DNA of 48,008 nt from an uncultured Nitrososphaerota archaeon (GTDB lineage: Archaea; Korarchaeota; Korarchaeia; Korarchaeales; Korarchaeaceae): NCBI GenBank assembly GCA_964525965.1, contig CAZGKA010000016.1:1-48008 (forward strand), given 5' to 3'. Below are positions 35,568-44,863 of this stretch, piece after piece. Within the stretch, counting starts at the first letter, position 1, and every line of letters begins with the position of its first letter. A program made the translations under genes and the position numbers. The notes under the pieces were generated by a model. That model was not told the origin of the DNA. It saw only the letters and a program-made list of their open reading frames with translations, and ran no database searches.

Positions 35568-36845
35568 ATGGAGTTTGTTGACCTGAACTACTCTCCCACT
35601 GATGAGGACCTTGTTGCCCTGTTCCTGATCGAGCCGGCGCTAGGCATCGACATGCTTGAGGCAGCGGCCAAGGTAGCTGCCGAGAGTTCCACAGGAACTT
35701 GGACCGAACTAACGACGATGAGCGACAGAATCAGAAGAATCTCAGCTAGGGTCTTCAGAGTCGAAGGCAACAAGGTCCTCATAGCTTATCCTCATGTGCT
35801 CTTCGAGCCGGGATCCATGCCCCAGATATGGAGCGCCATAGCGGGCAACCTGTTTGGCATGAAGGCCGTCAACAGCGTGAGACTCGAGGACGTCTTCTGG
35901 CCGAGCTCCCTGGTCAGGTCGTTCAAAGGGCCCCTGCACGGCCTTCACGGCGTGAGGAGCATCCTGGGTGTGAAGGACAGGCCGATCTTGGCTACGGTTC
36001 CAAAGCCAAAAGTTGGCATGACCGCTGAGGAGCAGGCCGACGTGGCCTATCAGGTGTGGGTCGGAGGGGTGGACCTCGTCAAGGACGATGAGAACCTGAC
36101 CTCGCTCAGCTTTTGCAAGTTTGAGGACAGGCTTAAGGAGCTCATGAGAAGGAGGGACAAGGCTGAGAAGGAGACCGGAGAGAAGAAAGCAATGCTTGCC
36201 AACGTGACGGCCCCCTTCCACGAGATGAAAAGGAGAATAGAGCTCGTTCACGACTACGGAAACGAGTTTGTGATGATAGACATACTGACCGCCGGCTGGT
36301 CTGCTGTTCAAGCGGCTAGGGAGATCACCGAGGAGTACGGTCTGGCGATACACGCGCACAGGGCCTTCCACGCGGCTTTCGACAGGATCAGGAACCACGG
36401 CGTCTCCATGAAGGTCGTGGCGGAGTCAGCTAGACTTGTGGGAGTGGACAACATCCACATAGGGACGGTCGTGGGTAAACTGGTCTCTCCGAGGGATGAG
36501 GTGATATCGTTGGTCCACCTGATGCGCGATGGGAGGATGGAGGAGGACCTCTCCAAGGGCCTCCTCAAGAAGGACTGGCTGGATATAAAGCCCGTGACGC
36601 CCGTGAGCTCGGGAGGCCTCCATCCGGGTATAATCGCCGATGTGCTCGACATAGTCGGGACGGACGTGATGATTCAGGTAGGAGGTGGGGTTCTCGGCCA
36701 TCCTGAAGGGCCACTGGCCGGAGCTAAGGCATTTAGACAGTCCATAGAAGCCTACCTCTCCGGTATAGATGTTGAAAGTTACGCCGAGACTCATCACGAG
36801 CTGAAGGTGGCCCTCGAGAAGTGGGGAAGAGCTCACCCTATATGA
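35568..36845 (+). CDS. rbcL: Ribulose-1,5-bisphosphate carboxylase, form III
   Basis: AAESSTGTWT, AGN, KPK, GGVDLVKDDENL (carbamylation/Mg motif), HAHRA-x-H, GKL loop 6, SGGLHPG, GGG-x-x-GHP. Confidence 0.95.
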   Translation: MEFVDLNYSPTDEDLVALFLIEPALGIDMLEAAAKVAAESSTGTWTELTTMSDRIRRISARVFRVEGNKVLIAYPHVLFEPGSMPQIWSAIAGNLFGMKAVNSVRLEDVFWPSSLVRSFKGPLHGLHGVRSILGVKDRPILATVPKPKVGMTAEEQADVAYQVWVGGVDLVKDDENLTSLSFCKFEDRLKELMRRRDKAEKETGEKKAMLANVTAPFHEMKRRIELVHDYGNEFVMIDILTAGWSAVQAAREITEEYGLAIHAHRAFHAAFDRIRNHGVSMKVVAESARLVGVDNIHIGTVVGKLVSPRDEVISLVHLMRDGRMEEDLSKGLLKKDWLDIKPVTPVSSGGLHPGIIADVLDIVGTDVMIQVGGGVLGHPEGPLAGAKAFRQSIEAYLSGIDVESYAETHHELKVALEKWGRAHPI

Positions 36846-37638
36846 AACTACGAAATAGGCTCTTGAGATCCTCTGCTACGTACTTGGGCTCGAGACCTAG
36901 GGCCCTTAAATCCTCAGTTTTTCCAGCTCCAGACAGCACGAAGGCGGAATCAATTCCGATCTTAGTCGCACCGAGGATGTCCGTCTCCGCCCTGTCGCCT
37001 ATCATGAGGACCTTTCCATCACCTACAGATCTTAAGGCCTCACGAAATATGTGTTCGCTTGGCTTGCCGACGACAATAGGTTCTGTTCCAGCTCCAGCCG
37101 ACACCGCGGCCACCATGGTCCCAGCTCCCGGGGCGAGTCCCCTCTCGGTGGGGAAACTTCTGTCGGTGTTGGTGGCCACGTAAAGGCTTCCCTCAAGTAT
37201 GAGCTTCATGGCGGTCCACAGCTTCATGTAGTTAAAGTTCCTGTCCATTCCCACGACGACAGCGTCAGCGCCACTGCTCCAGGCAGAACTTTCATCCAAT
37301 ACCTCGAGGCCCGCTAGCCTCAACTCCCCGACAAGTCCCGCTTCTCCAATGACGTAACATCTCTCAGCCAGCCCGGACAGGTATCTAGCAGCCACATAAG
37401 CGCTGCTCACGATATCGTTCCTCCCCACCCACGAGATCCCCACGTCTCTGAGAGCTTTTACGTACTCGTCCCTGCTTTTTGTGGAGTTGTTGGTCAGGAA
37501 GACTATGGCCTTTCCCATATCGTGCAGGCGATTCACGGTCTCGACCGAGCCAGGAATCTCTTTCCCATTAATCCAGATAACTCCATCCACATCCAGCAGG
37601 TAGCCGTCGTAGTCGAGAATCACCTGGACACCTCTCAT
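36838..37638 (-). CDS. HAD-IIA family phosphatase (NagD/PGP-like)
   Basis: DVDGV, LTNN, ATN-x-D, PGAG, GKP, MIGDR-x-x-TD. Confidence 0.92.
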   Translation of the reverse strand: MRGVQVILDYDGYLLDVDGVIWINGKEIPGSVETVNRLHDMGKAIVFLTNNSTKSRDEYVKALRDVGISWVGRNDIVSSAYVAARYLSGLAERCYVIGEAGLVGELRLAGLEVLDESSAWSSGADAVVVGMDRNFNYMKLWTAMKLILEGSLYVATNTDRSFPTERGLAPGAGTMVAAVSAGAGTEPIVVGKPSEHIFREALRSVGDGKVLMIGDRAETDILGATKIGIDSAFVLSGAGKTEDLRALGLEPKYVAEDLKSLFRSFI

Positions 37639-38708
37639 GGAATTATCTCGGTGGTGTTGTTGTAAGCCGGATAGAGGAGGTCCTTCTCATCTATAACTCC
37701 TTGCCTCACAAGCTTGAGGATCTCATCCTTTCTGGAGAGGATCAGATCCAGCATGTACCTCGTTATCTCACAGACCTTTTCCACATCTTCATCGCTCCAA
37801 TAGCTCTCCTTATTGGCGAACAGGCACCTTCCCCCGCAAAGGTTTAGGTAGGGACAGGAGGAGCACCTTCCCCCTATACGGACCCTGTTCGGAAGATCGT
37901 CCGGGCTGACCTCACCCAACCTACCGAGAAAGGCCCAGTCCGACTCGAACGCTATGGGACAGGCCAGTATCCTGCCGTCAGTTGAAATGGCGAACGCATC
38001 AACTCCCGCTCCGCACGGAGGAACCTTCATCCCTCCAAGGAGAACGGCCCTCATGACTCCCTGAAATGGAACTATGCCGAGAACCCTGCCCTTTCTCATC
38101 TCCCTGATCCAAAAGTCAACAAGCTTCCGCAGACCAGGCTTATAAGACTCGTCTGCCCACCCGTGGAAGTCTCTCCACCTATCGCTCCAGATCACATCGA
38201 GCTGCCAGTGAACATGATCGAATATCCCCAGGGAGAGGAGATGCCGCACATCCCTTTCAATGTCTGAGAGCTCCGAAACCGCCATTCTGGCTATCAAATC
38301 TCCAGAGAAGCCGGAGGATCTAAGCTTTTCAGCCGCTCTCATGACTGCGTCATAGACCCCTCTCCCTCGGTAGTAATCCGTGATTTCCCTCGGCCCATCC
38401 ACGGATAGAAGAACTGTGTCCATTCTTCTCCAGAACCGTTCGGGCAGCTTGTCCACGAGCAAACCGTTGGTCTGCACCACGAACCTATCGGCTGGCACCT
38501 CCTCCATGACCTTCTCCATGAACTTGGAGTTGAGCAGAGGTTCTCCTCCATAGAAAGTTATAGACGGACTGGAATCCCTCTCAATGAATTTTTTAAGTTC
38601 CCTCAGATCGTACTTAACGCTCCAAGGCACGAGCTCCTCCGGAAAGCTTCCTCCGCAGTACAGGCACTTGAGGTTACATCGACCCGTGGTCAGGATGAAG
38701 TAGAGCAT
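37635..38708 (-). CDS. Radical SAM/SPASM protein (AF0577 / TIGR04084-like)
   Basis: CNLKCLYCGG, FYGGEPL, QTNG, HVHWQLD, PCGAG...CPI, CxxCxxxxxCGGRC, NTTEIIP C-terminus. Confidence 0.85.
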   Translation of the reverse strand: MLYFILTTGRCNLKCLYCGGSFPEELVPWSVKYDLRELKKFIERDSSPSITFYGGEPLLNSKFMEKVMEEVPADRFVVQTNGLLVDKLPERFWRRMDTVLLSVDGPREITDYYRGRGVYDAVMRAAEKLRSSGFSGDLIARMAVSELSDIERDVRHLLSLGIFDHVHWQLDVIWSDRWRDFHGWADESYKPGLRKLVDFWIREMRKGRVLGIVPFQGVMRAVLLGGMKVPPCGAGVDAFAISTDGRILACPIAFESDWAFLGRLGEVSPDDLPNRVRIGGRCSSCPYLNLCGGRCLFANKESYWSDEDVEKVCEITRYMLDLILSRKDEILKLVRQGVIDEKDLLYPAYNNTTEIIP

Positions 38709-38909
38709 CGAGCTCAGAATTCTCTCCCGAAAATAAAGATACCTCTCTAATAATCGTTATTATAGACTTGTTTTATTTTTGAGTTCAAGATATTTCACAG
38801 AAAATCCAGAAAGGTTAATGACTTTCTGTAAATCTCATCGAAATAATCCTTATCAGAAATATTTATAAAGAATGCTGGCCATTTGAAGTGGAACTTACAG
38901 GGTGGTGGA

Positions 38910-39221
38910 ATGGGAAGGCCCAAAAAGGAGCAGGAGAGAGTTGAGGATCTCGTCTGGAAGGACCTGCTCTACTATATAATTTTAGGAATGCTGTCCAAGG
39001 AGCCGATGCACGGCTATGAGATAAGGAAAAGGCTCATAAAGATGTCAGGAGTTGAGTTAAGCGCCAGCACTGTTTACGCTGTGATATACAACCTGGTCAA
39101 GTGGAAGCACATAGAGGGCACATGGAGAGGAAGAAGGAAGGTCTACAAGATAACAGACAAGGGAGAGAAGGTCCTCAACCTCGCCAGAAAGATAGCGAAG
39201 GATGTCATAATCGGAGAGTGA
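38910..39221 (+). CDS. PadR-family transcriptional regulator
   Basis: IL-x-x-L-x-x-x-PMHGYEI, S-x-x-TVY, RRKVY-x-IT-x-KG. Start moved to ATG 38910. Confidence 0.9.
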   Translation: MGRPKKEQERVEDLVWKDLLYYIILGMLSKEPMHGYEIRKRLIKMSGVELSASTVYAVIYNLVKWKHIEGTWRGRRKVYKITDKGEKVLNLARKIAKDVIIGE

Positions 39222-39990
39222 TCGGGCTCCGGGAGGAGTACCTCACCAGGGTCAGTCTGTACTCCTCGATGAGTCTGCTCGCCTCCGGGATCCCGGAGGT
39301 GACGTCCTCGACCCTGTGGGCATCTGTCCCTACCGTGAAGGGTACTCCTCTTTGGCGGAGCTCCTCAACTATTTTTTTCGATGGATATATCTCCTTGCAT
39401 GCATACCTCAATCCGCTGGTGTTTATTTCGACCGAGAGCCCTTGGGAGGATACCTCCTCGATCGCTGGGAGGGGGTCCACGTTCGACATCCTTCCGTACT
39501 TCTTCGGCAGATCGAAGTGGGCCACTACATCGAAGAGATCGGACCTGGCGGCCTCAGCTAAGAGCTCGTAGTACCTAGAGTAGATCTTATTGACCTTCTC
39601 TTGAGTTATTCCCTCCCAGAGGCTCGGATCTTTATCTATGCAGATGCCGTCCACAAAGTGGACGCTTCCTAAAACGAGATCCAGGTCTAACGAGCTCAGT
39701 ATGTCGTCAACAAGCTTTCTCGTCTCTCTGATGTAGTCGACCTCTACCCCCCGCCTGACGGTTATTCTGCCCTCGAACCTATCGGCGAGCTCATCGATGG
39801 TGTCGAGGTACTTCTCGATCTCCTCCGGTTTTATGGAGTAAGGTTCAGGCCCTCTCGGCAGAATCGTCAGGTGATCCGTTATGGCTATCTCCTCAAGGCC
39901 CTTGGACAGGGCCTCCTTGACCACATCCTCCGGGGATCTCTCCCCGTCGCTCCACTTGGTATGGGTGTGGTAATTCACGGGGATTCTCAT
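39205..39990 (-). CDS. Histidinol-phosphatase HisK/HisJ-family PHP protein
   Basis: NYHTHT, ITDH, GVEVD, LGSVH, AHFDL, EINTSG, GTDAH. ATG 39990 overlaps the topA stop. Confidence 0.88.
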   Translation of the reverse strand: MRIPVNYHTHTKWSDGERSPEDVVKEALSKGLEEIAITDHLTILPRGPEPYSIKPEEIEKYLDTIDELADRFEGRITVRRGVEVDYIRETRKLVDDILSSLDLDLVLGSVHFVDGICIDKDPSLWEGITQEKVNKIYSRYYELLAEAARSDLFDVVAHFDLPKKYGRMSNVDPLPAIEEVSSQGLSVEINTSGLRYACKEIYPSKKIVEELRQRGVPFTVGTDAHRVEDVTSGIPEASRLIEEYRLTLVRYSSRSPITLRL

Positions 39991-42149
39991 CTTCTCACCC
40001 TGAAGTAATTGGACGATCCACAGTTGTCGCACTTAACATAAACACCATAGCTTCCGGACCTAGGGGCCACAACGCTCCCGCATTTCGCACATCTCAGCGG
40101 CGAGCTTTCGCAGTTTCCCAGACATCTGATATAACCCTTTCTTCCACCTGACTTGAGCTTGACACTCCCCTTGACGAGAGGTAATGAACAGGAGCATTTC
40201 TCCTTCAGTATCTTCTCTCCCTTGAGGAGGTTGTACTTGTTTCCACAACTTCTGTCGGAGCACACGACGAAGTAGCCGTATTTGCTCCTCCTGAGAAGGA
40301 GATCATCGCCGCACTTCGGACACTTTCCAACGAGGCTCCTCTCCTTGGCCCTGTCCTCCAGAGCCGTCGCTATCTGCCTGCCGACCGAATCTTCCATCTT
40401 CTTAAACTTCTCCATTATGGCGGAAAGCTTCCGGAGGCTCTCCTCTAGGAACTCCTCGTGGTTGAGCTTGCCCTCCTCTATGAGCCTCATGGATCTATCA
40501 AGCTCTGAGGTGAACCCCGGATCAACGATTTCCGGTATATTCTTCTCTAAAACGTCCACTATCTTCTCTCCAACTTTAGTGGGCCTGAAGGAGCTTCCCT
40601 CAACGTAATCTCTCTCCTTGAGTATGTCCAGTATGACCGCCCTGGTGTTCTTGGTCCCGAGCCCCAGCTTCTCCATGGCCTTTATTATCGTCCTCGGGGT
40701 GTACCTCTTTGGAGGCTGGGTCTCCTTCTCCTCAACTCTGACGTCCACGAGCTCGAGGACCTCTCCATCGGAGATGGCCGGGATCTCAACTTCCTTGCTC
40801 TTCACGAACGGATAGACCTTCCTCCACCCCCTCTTAACTATGGTGGATCCTCTCGCCACGAACCTATGTCCAGAGATCTTGATCTCAATGGACCTCCTCT
40901 CGTCCAGACCGTCCGGGGAGAGCGTGGCCATGACTCTTCTGGCGACGATCTCATAGACCTTTCTGTGCTTTTCGGTGGGGAGGTCGCTCTCCGACTTTGG
41001 AGCTCCGACTACGTGTATACAAGGATGGGCAGGATCGACCTTGTCTCCCTCAACCGGACGGTCCCTCATGTTCTCGAGGGTCCAGCTAGCTAAATCGCTG
41101 AGAGGGGCGTACGAAGCTATGGTCTTGAGCATGGAGATGAACTCCCTTCTCCCCCACTTTTTGGGATACTTCTGGCTTTCGGTTCCTATGTAGCTTATGA
41201 GCCCTAATTCGTACAACTGCTGGGCTATTCCCCTGCTTCTATCGGAGATCTCCCTCGGACTCAGTCCTGTGATGGAGCTGACCTCGACCTGGAGGGTCGT
41301 ACCATCGAAGGGTGGCGGGGGAGGAACCTTCACCTTTTTGACGTTTACCTTGGCCTCTCCACTCATCCCTATGAGCTTCTTAACCTCTTCAGCTATCTCA
41401 GGATTCTTTATTCTCTTCTCCCCTCTCGGGGGGGCTAGAACCGCTTCAAGAGTATCGCCGTTTTCTCCCCTGAAGATTCCGGTCACCACGTAATACTTCT
41501 CCGGCTTGAAGCGTCTGATCTCTCTTTCCCTGTCGACGATCATCTTCAGGGTCGGTCCCTGAACCCTTCCTGAGCTGAGTAGCTTGACCCACCTATGGTT
41601 TCTTGTTGAGAGGGTCAGAGCTCTCGTCACGTTGGCCCCCCACTCTAGGTCAAGGACTCTGCGTACAAAACCGGCGTAAGCGCGTGGAAGGTCCATCTCG
41701 GCCAGGTTTTCGTAGGCTTCCCTGATGTCCTTGTCAGTCAGAGCGCTGAACATCATCCTCTTGACCTCCTTGCCGGACACCCCGAGAGCTTGTAGGATCT
41801 CGAGCCCTATGGCGGAACCCTCGGTATCGAGGTCCGTAGCCACTATTATGCGGTCAGAATCCTCGATTTCTCTTTTTATTGCTCTTATGTAGTCCCTCTT
41901 ACTTTGTATGGGTTTGTAGACGAGCCTTGAGGGTTCAACTATCGCGGGATACACCCACTTCTGGTCTGGGTAGTCTAGCTCGAACACGTGCCCTGAGGCC
42001 GGCACTACGACGATCTCCTCGTCCTCTCTCTTTATTCTATATATTCTCGCTTTTCCTAGTCTCTCCTCGCTAACTGCAGATCCACCGAGGACCTTAGCTA
42101 TTTTCCTAGCTACGTTAGGCTTCTCAGTAATTATCACTGTTTTTCTCAA
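39987..42149 (-). CDS. topA: DNA topoisomerase IA with C-terminal zinc ribbons
   Basis: TEKP, GH, ATDLDTEG (TOPRIM), GRVQGPTL, LISY (catalytic Tyr), AHP, GLGT-x-x-TR, several CxxC pairs. Confidence 0.93.
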   Translation of the reverse strand: MRKTVIITEKPNVARKIAKVLGGSAVSEERLGKARIYRIKREDEEIVVVPASGHVFELDYPDQKWVYPAIVEPSRLVYKPIQSKRDYIRAIKREIEDSDRIIVATDLDTEGSAIGLEILQALGVSGKEVKRMMFSALTDKDIREAYENLAEMDLPRAYAGFVRRVLDLEWGANVTRALTLSTRNHRWVKLLSSGRVQGPTLKMIVDREREIRRFKPEKYYVVTGIFRGENGDTLEAVLAPPRGEKRIKNPEIAEEVKKLIGMSGEAKVNVKKVKVPPPPPFDGTTLQVEVSSITGLSPREISDRSRGIAQQLYELGLISYIGTESQKYPKKWGRREFISMLKTIASYAPLSDLASWTLENMRDRPVEGDKVDPAHPCIHVVGAPKSESDLPTEKHRKVYEIVARRVMATLSPDGLDERRSIEIKISGHRFVARGSTIVKRGWRKVYPFVKSKEVEIPAISDGEVLELVDVRVEEKETQPPKRYTPRTIIKAMEKLGLGTKNTRAVILDILKERDYVEGSSFRPTKVGEKIVDVLEKNIPEIVDPGFTSELDRSMRLIEEGKLNHEEFLEESLRKLSAIMEKFKKMEDSVGRQIATALEDRAKERSLVGKCPKCGDDLLLRRSKYGYFVVCSDRSCGNKYNLLKGEKILKEKCSCSLPLVKGSVKLKSGGRKGYIRCLGNCESSPLRCAKCGSVVAPRSGSYGVYVKCDNCGSSNYFRVRR

Positions 42150-42625
42150 CGTCCAGCACCTAAGAACTTCCTTACAGCAGGTCTGAGCCCGAGGAAGCCC
42201 ATTATAGTCATGGACACGAGTGACCCCGCTAATATATAAGCAAATGTTATCGGGAAGGGGAGGTTAAGGAGGAACTGCAGATACGAGGAGACGACTAGGG
42301 AGACCACGACCGGAAGCTCAAGGGATGCCAGTATCTCCCCCTTCCTCCCGAACCTCCTGAGTAGCAGGGCTATCAGGGTCGCTATCAGATTGGCGGCGCT
42401 TCCTCCCAGTGCGTCCACCAGTCCGAAGGGCCCCAACATGTTCGCCACGAAACATCCTATCGAGACCCCGATCGATAGGGGGAGCCCGAAGTCCAGAACT
42501 AGGGGCAGGAGCATATCGGCTACTCTTACTTGGACGGAGTAAAACGATATCGGAGCTAGAAGGATTGTGAGAGATGCATAAAGAGCTGCAAAAATTGCGG
42601 TTTCAGCTACCTTCTTGGCATCCAC
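42146..42625 (-). CDS. queT: QueT-family (putative 7-deazaguanine precursor) transporter S-component
   Basis: AALYA-x-LT, PISF-x-x-VQVR-x-A-x-x-L, G-x-x-IGC-x-x-AN, D-x-x-x-GS; about 5 TM helices. Confidence 0.8.
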   Translation of the reverse strand: MDAKKVAETAIFAALYASLTILLAPISFYSVQVRVADMLLPLVLDFGLPLSIGVSIGCFVANMLGPFGLVDALGGSAANLIATLIALLLRRFGRKGEILASLELPVVVSLVVSSYLQFLLNLPFPITFAYILAGSLVSMTIMGFLGLRPAVRKFLGAGR

Positions 42626-44360
42626 GTGGTATCACCGTTATCGCCTCGTAAGGTACGCTGGAGCTGGGGGCGAGAGGAGACCTCAGCCCTAGGACAAACA
42701 CAACGTTTGGAAAACCTGATCTCCCGGCAGTGTAGTACATGAACTCAGTTTTCTTAAAGATTTCCTTGCACAGAGCTAATCCAGCGGCCATAGTTCCGTA
42801 CCTATCGCTTCCCGCTACTACTATGACGTCCGATCCCCAGGGTTTGCCGTTTGCGTACTCCACAACTCCGACTCCAGATCCCATCTTGAGTATCAGGGAC
42901 CTGTCTATGGTGCCGTTGGGAACCCCCCACTCCGCCGCTAGTTTGAGGACGTCATCCAGCCCGTAGGGCCTTCCTCCGTACTTCAGACCGTCCCTCCATA
43001 TGGTCGCGTTCAGGTATCCTGCGGCCTGAAGATAGCTGACGAGCTCGTTGACCCTAGGTCCTCCCACCAATATGAGCGTTTTCCCTTGGAGCTCGGGAGC
43101 GAGCTTCCCGTTGACAAACACCTGCCTGTCAGTGTATATCGGAACGACCTTGGAGAACAGAGTTCCAGGGTTCTTCACCAGGAGGATCCCCCCGCCGCCG
43201 AGGTACATGTACTGTGGCATCGCCACCCTCAGAACTTCCATCCCCCCAGAGTGATCGCAGTTGACGACGTGGTCCGTCTCCGGGCATGCCTTCAGAAGGA
43301 CGTACGCTTCTCCGCCGAAGACCTCAACCTCACCGCGCGACCAACTCCGGTTGCCCTTAAACAGGATTATCTCATCTCCTTCGATCCTGTATCCCGTAAC
43401 GTTTTTCCAGGAGCTCGGCAGGTAGTAGGTGTAGTTGTTTCCGTTGGAGCTGAACATCAGAGCCCGTCTACTTTCGGGCAGCTCGGCGTTGAACAGAACG
43501 CTGGAACCCTTCTTCCAATAGTCATATCCTTCCGGAGGGATGAGGAGAGAGGTGAGCCTGACCTTTATCTCTCCCGCCGAGACATTGAAGTCCTCCTTCT
43601 CTATGCTGAAGGCCACCAGGCCGGAGAACCCCTCTCCCTCTATGGTGGGCCTCTCGACCATTATTATGCTTCCAGAGACCGGGAACTGGAATCCCCACGC
43701 CATGGTTCCGGGGGTTATCTGAGCCATGGCATATATCTGGCTTCCTCTCTTCACCATCAGGTTGAGCTCATAATCGCTCGAGCTTCTTATGACGACCTTC
43801 TGGGCTGATATGTTGTATCCAATCCAGGGCACGTAGTAGGTGGTTCCGTTCCTCAGCTCCAACCAGTCCGTCTTAAAGACAAGTCTTCCGTTCTCTATCC
43901 TCATGTCCTCCTCCGGATAAATCCTCTCACCGACCAGGTAGACGAATTTGCCAGATACCTTGGTCTGAGGGACTATCACACGATCGCCCAGCTGGTACTC
44001 CTCTCCAACCACCTGGTTCCCCTGAGCGAGCTCTACTCCATTTCTGGAAAGCACCGGCTTGAAGACGTCCCCGAACCTCGGGCAGTAATAGGGATTGGTC
44101 GGAAGCTCGGTCACGTTTATACCCTCCAGATCCTCTATGCTTTTCGCTATCATGACCGCTGTGTAGAGGTCGGTGTAGCTGGCGTTCGATCCTATGACTA
44201 CCACCACGTCAGGGGATCCATCAAAATCCCAATCCACCGATCCGTTCTTGACGAAAGATCCAGGGAGATCCGAGAGAGGGGGATGCGCGCTCAGGACAAC
44301 ACTCGGGGTCAGCACTATGAGCAACAGGAGGATGACTAAGGCGAGCCTCATCTCTCTCAT
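42603..44360 (-). CDS. S-layer-type surface protein (Thermococcales/Methanococcales S_layer_N/C-like)
   Basis: Signal peptide; VVIGSNA-x-x-x-D-x-x-x-A-x-x-IA near the N-terminus; ILVGGP-x-VN and VVAGSDRYGT near the C-terminus; many N-glycosylation sequons. Confidence 0.78.
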   Translation of the reverse strand: MREMRLALVILLLLIVLTPSVVLSAHPPLSDLPGSFVKNGSVDWDFDGSPDVVVVIGSNASYTDLYTAVMIAKSIEDLEGINVTELPTNPYYCPRFGDVFKPVLSRNGVELAQGNQVVGEEYQLGDRVIVPQTKVSGKFVYLVGERIYPEEDMRIENGRLVFKTDWLELRNGTTYYVPWIGYNISAQKVVIRSSSDYELNLMVKRGSQIYAMAQITPGTMAWGFQFPVSGSIIMVERPTIEGEGFSGLVAFSIEKEDFNVSAGEIKVRLTSLLIPPEGYDYWKKGSSVLFNAELPESRRALMFSSNGNNYTYYLPSSWKNVTGYRIEGDEIILFKGNRSWSRGEVEVFGGEAYVLLKACPETDHVVNCDHSGGMEVLRVAMPQYMYLGGGGILLVKNPGTLFSKVVPIYTDRQVFVNGKLAPELQGKTLILVGGPRVNELVSYLQAAGYLNATIWRDGLKYGGRPYGLDDVLKLAAEWGVPNGTIDRSLILKMGSGVGVVEYANGKPWGSDVIVVAGSDRYGTMAAGLALCKEIFKKTEFMYYTAGRSGFPNVVFVLGLRSPLAPSSSVPYEAITVIPRGCQEGS

Positions 44361-44422
44361 GTCGTTAAGCTTTTAAAAGTATAAAAAAGGAGTCGTTTCC
44401 TTGGGCATCGCTCGATCGATGA

Positions 44423-44818
44423 TCAGCGAACCTCCTTCTGTATCTTTGACAGAAACCTGTCCCTGTCCACTATGAACCTCTCGTGGAAGCCCTCACCAAT
44501 TTTCTTTCCGTTCCAATAGGCTTCAACCCTGAATCTGAGCCTCCTGCCGTCAACCTCAACAAGTTCAGACGTGACCTCTATCTCGGCTCCTAGAGGAGCC
44601 GCTCTCAGATGACTGATCTCAACTCTGGTTCCCACCGTAGTTTTTCCCTCCTCAAGCTTGTCCTCAACGCTTGTTCTACATGTCTCCTCCATGAAGGCTA
44701 TCATTGAGGGGGTGGACAGAACGCTCACATCACCACTGCCGAGAAAGCTGGCGATGTGCTCCTCCCCGACCTTGAAGATTCTTCTATTCTTTACACCCGG
44801 CTCCAGCATGAACATCAC
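44423..44818 (-). CDS. Hot-dog-fold thioesterase (fluoroacetyl-CoA thioesterase FlK-like)
   Basis: VLSTP-x-MI-x-x-ME, TVGT...H, G-x-HER-x-IV; Thr/Glu/His triad pattern present. Confidence 0.88.
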   Translation of the reverse strand: MMFMLEPGVKNRRIFKVGEEHIASFLGSGDVSVLSTPSMIAFMEETCRTSVEDKLEEGKTTVGTRVEISHLRAAPLGAEIEVTSELVEVDGRRLRFRVEAYWNGKKIGEGFHERFIVDRDRFLSKIQKEVR

Positions 44819-44863
44819 CTCGCCTTCATCATCAGGTGCTAAAAATAACGGTTTTGGTAGATC

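Noticed and set aside
43086-43808. 240-aa plus-strand ORF
   Set aside because: Antisense to the S-layer-type gene; no motif support.
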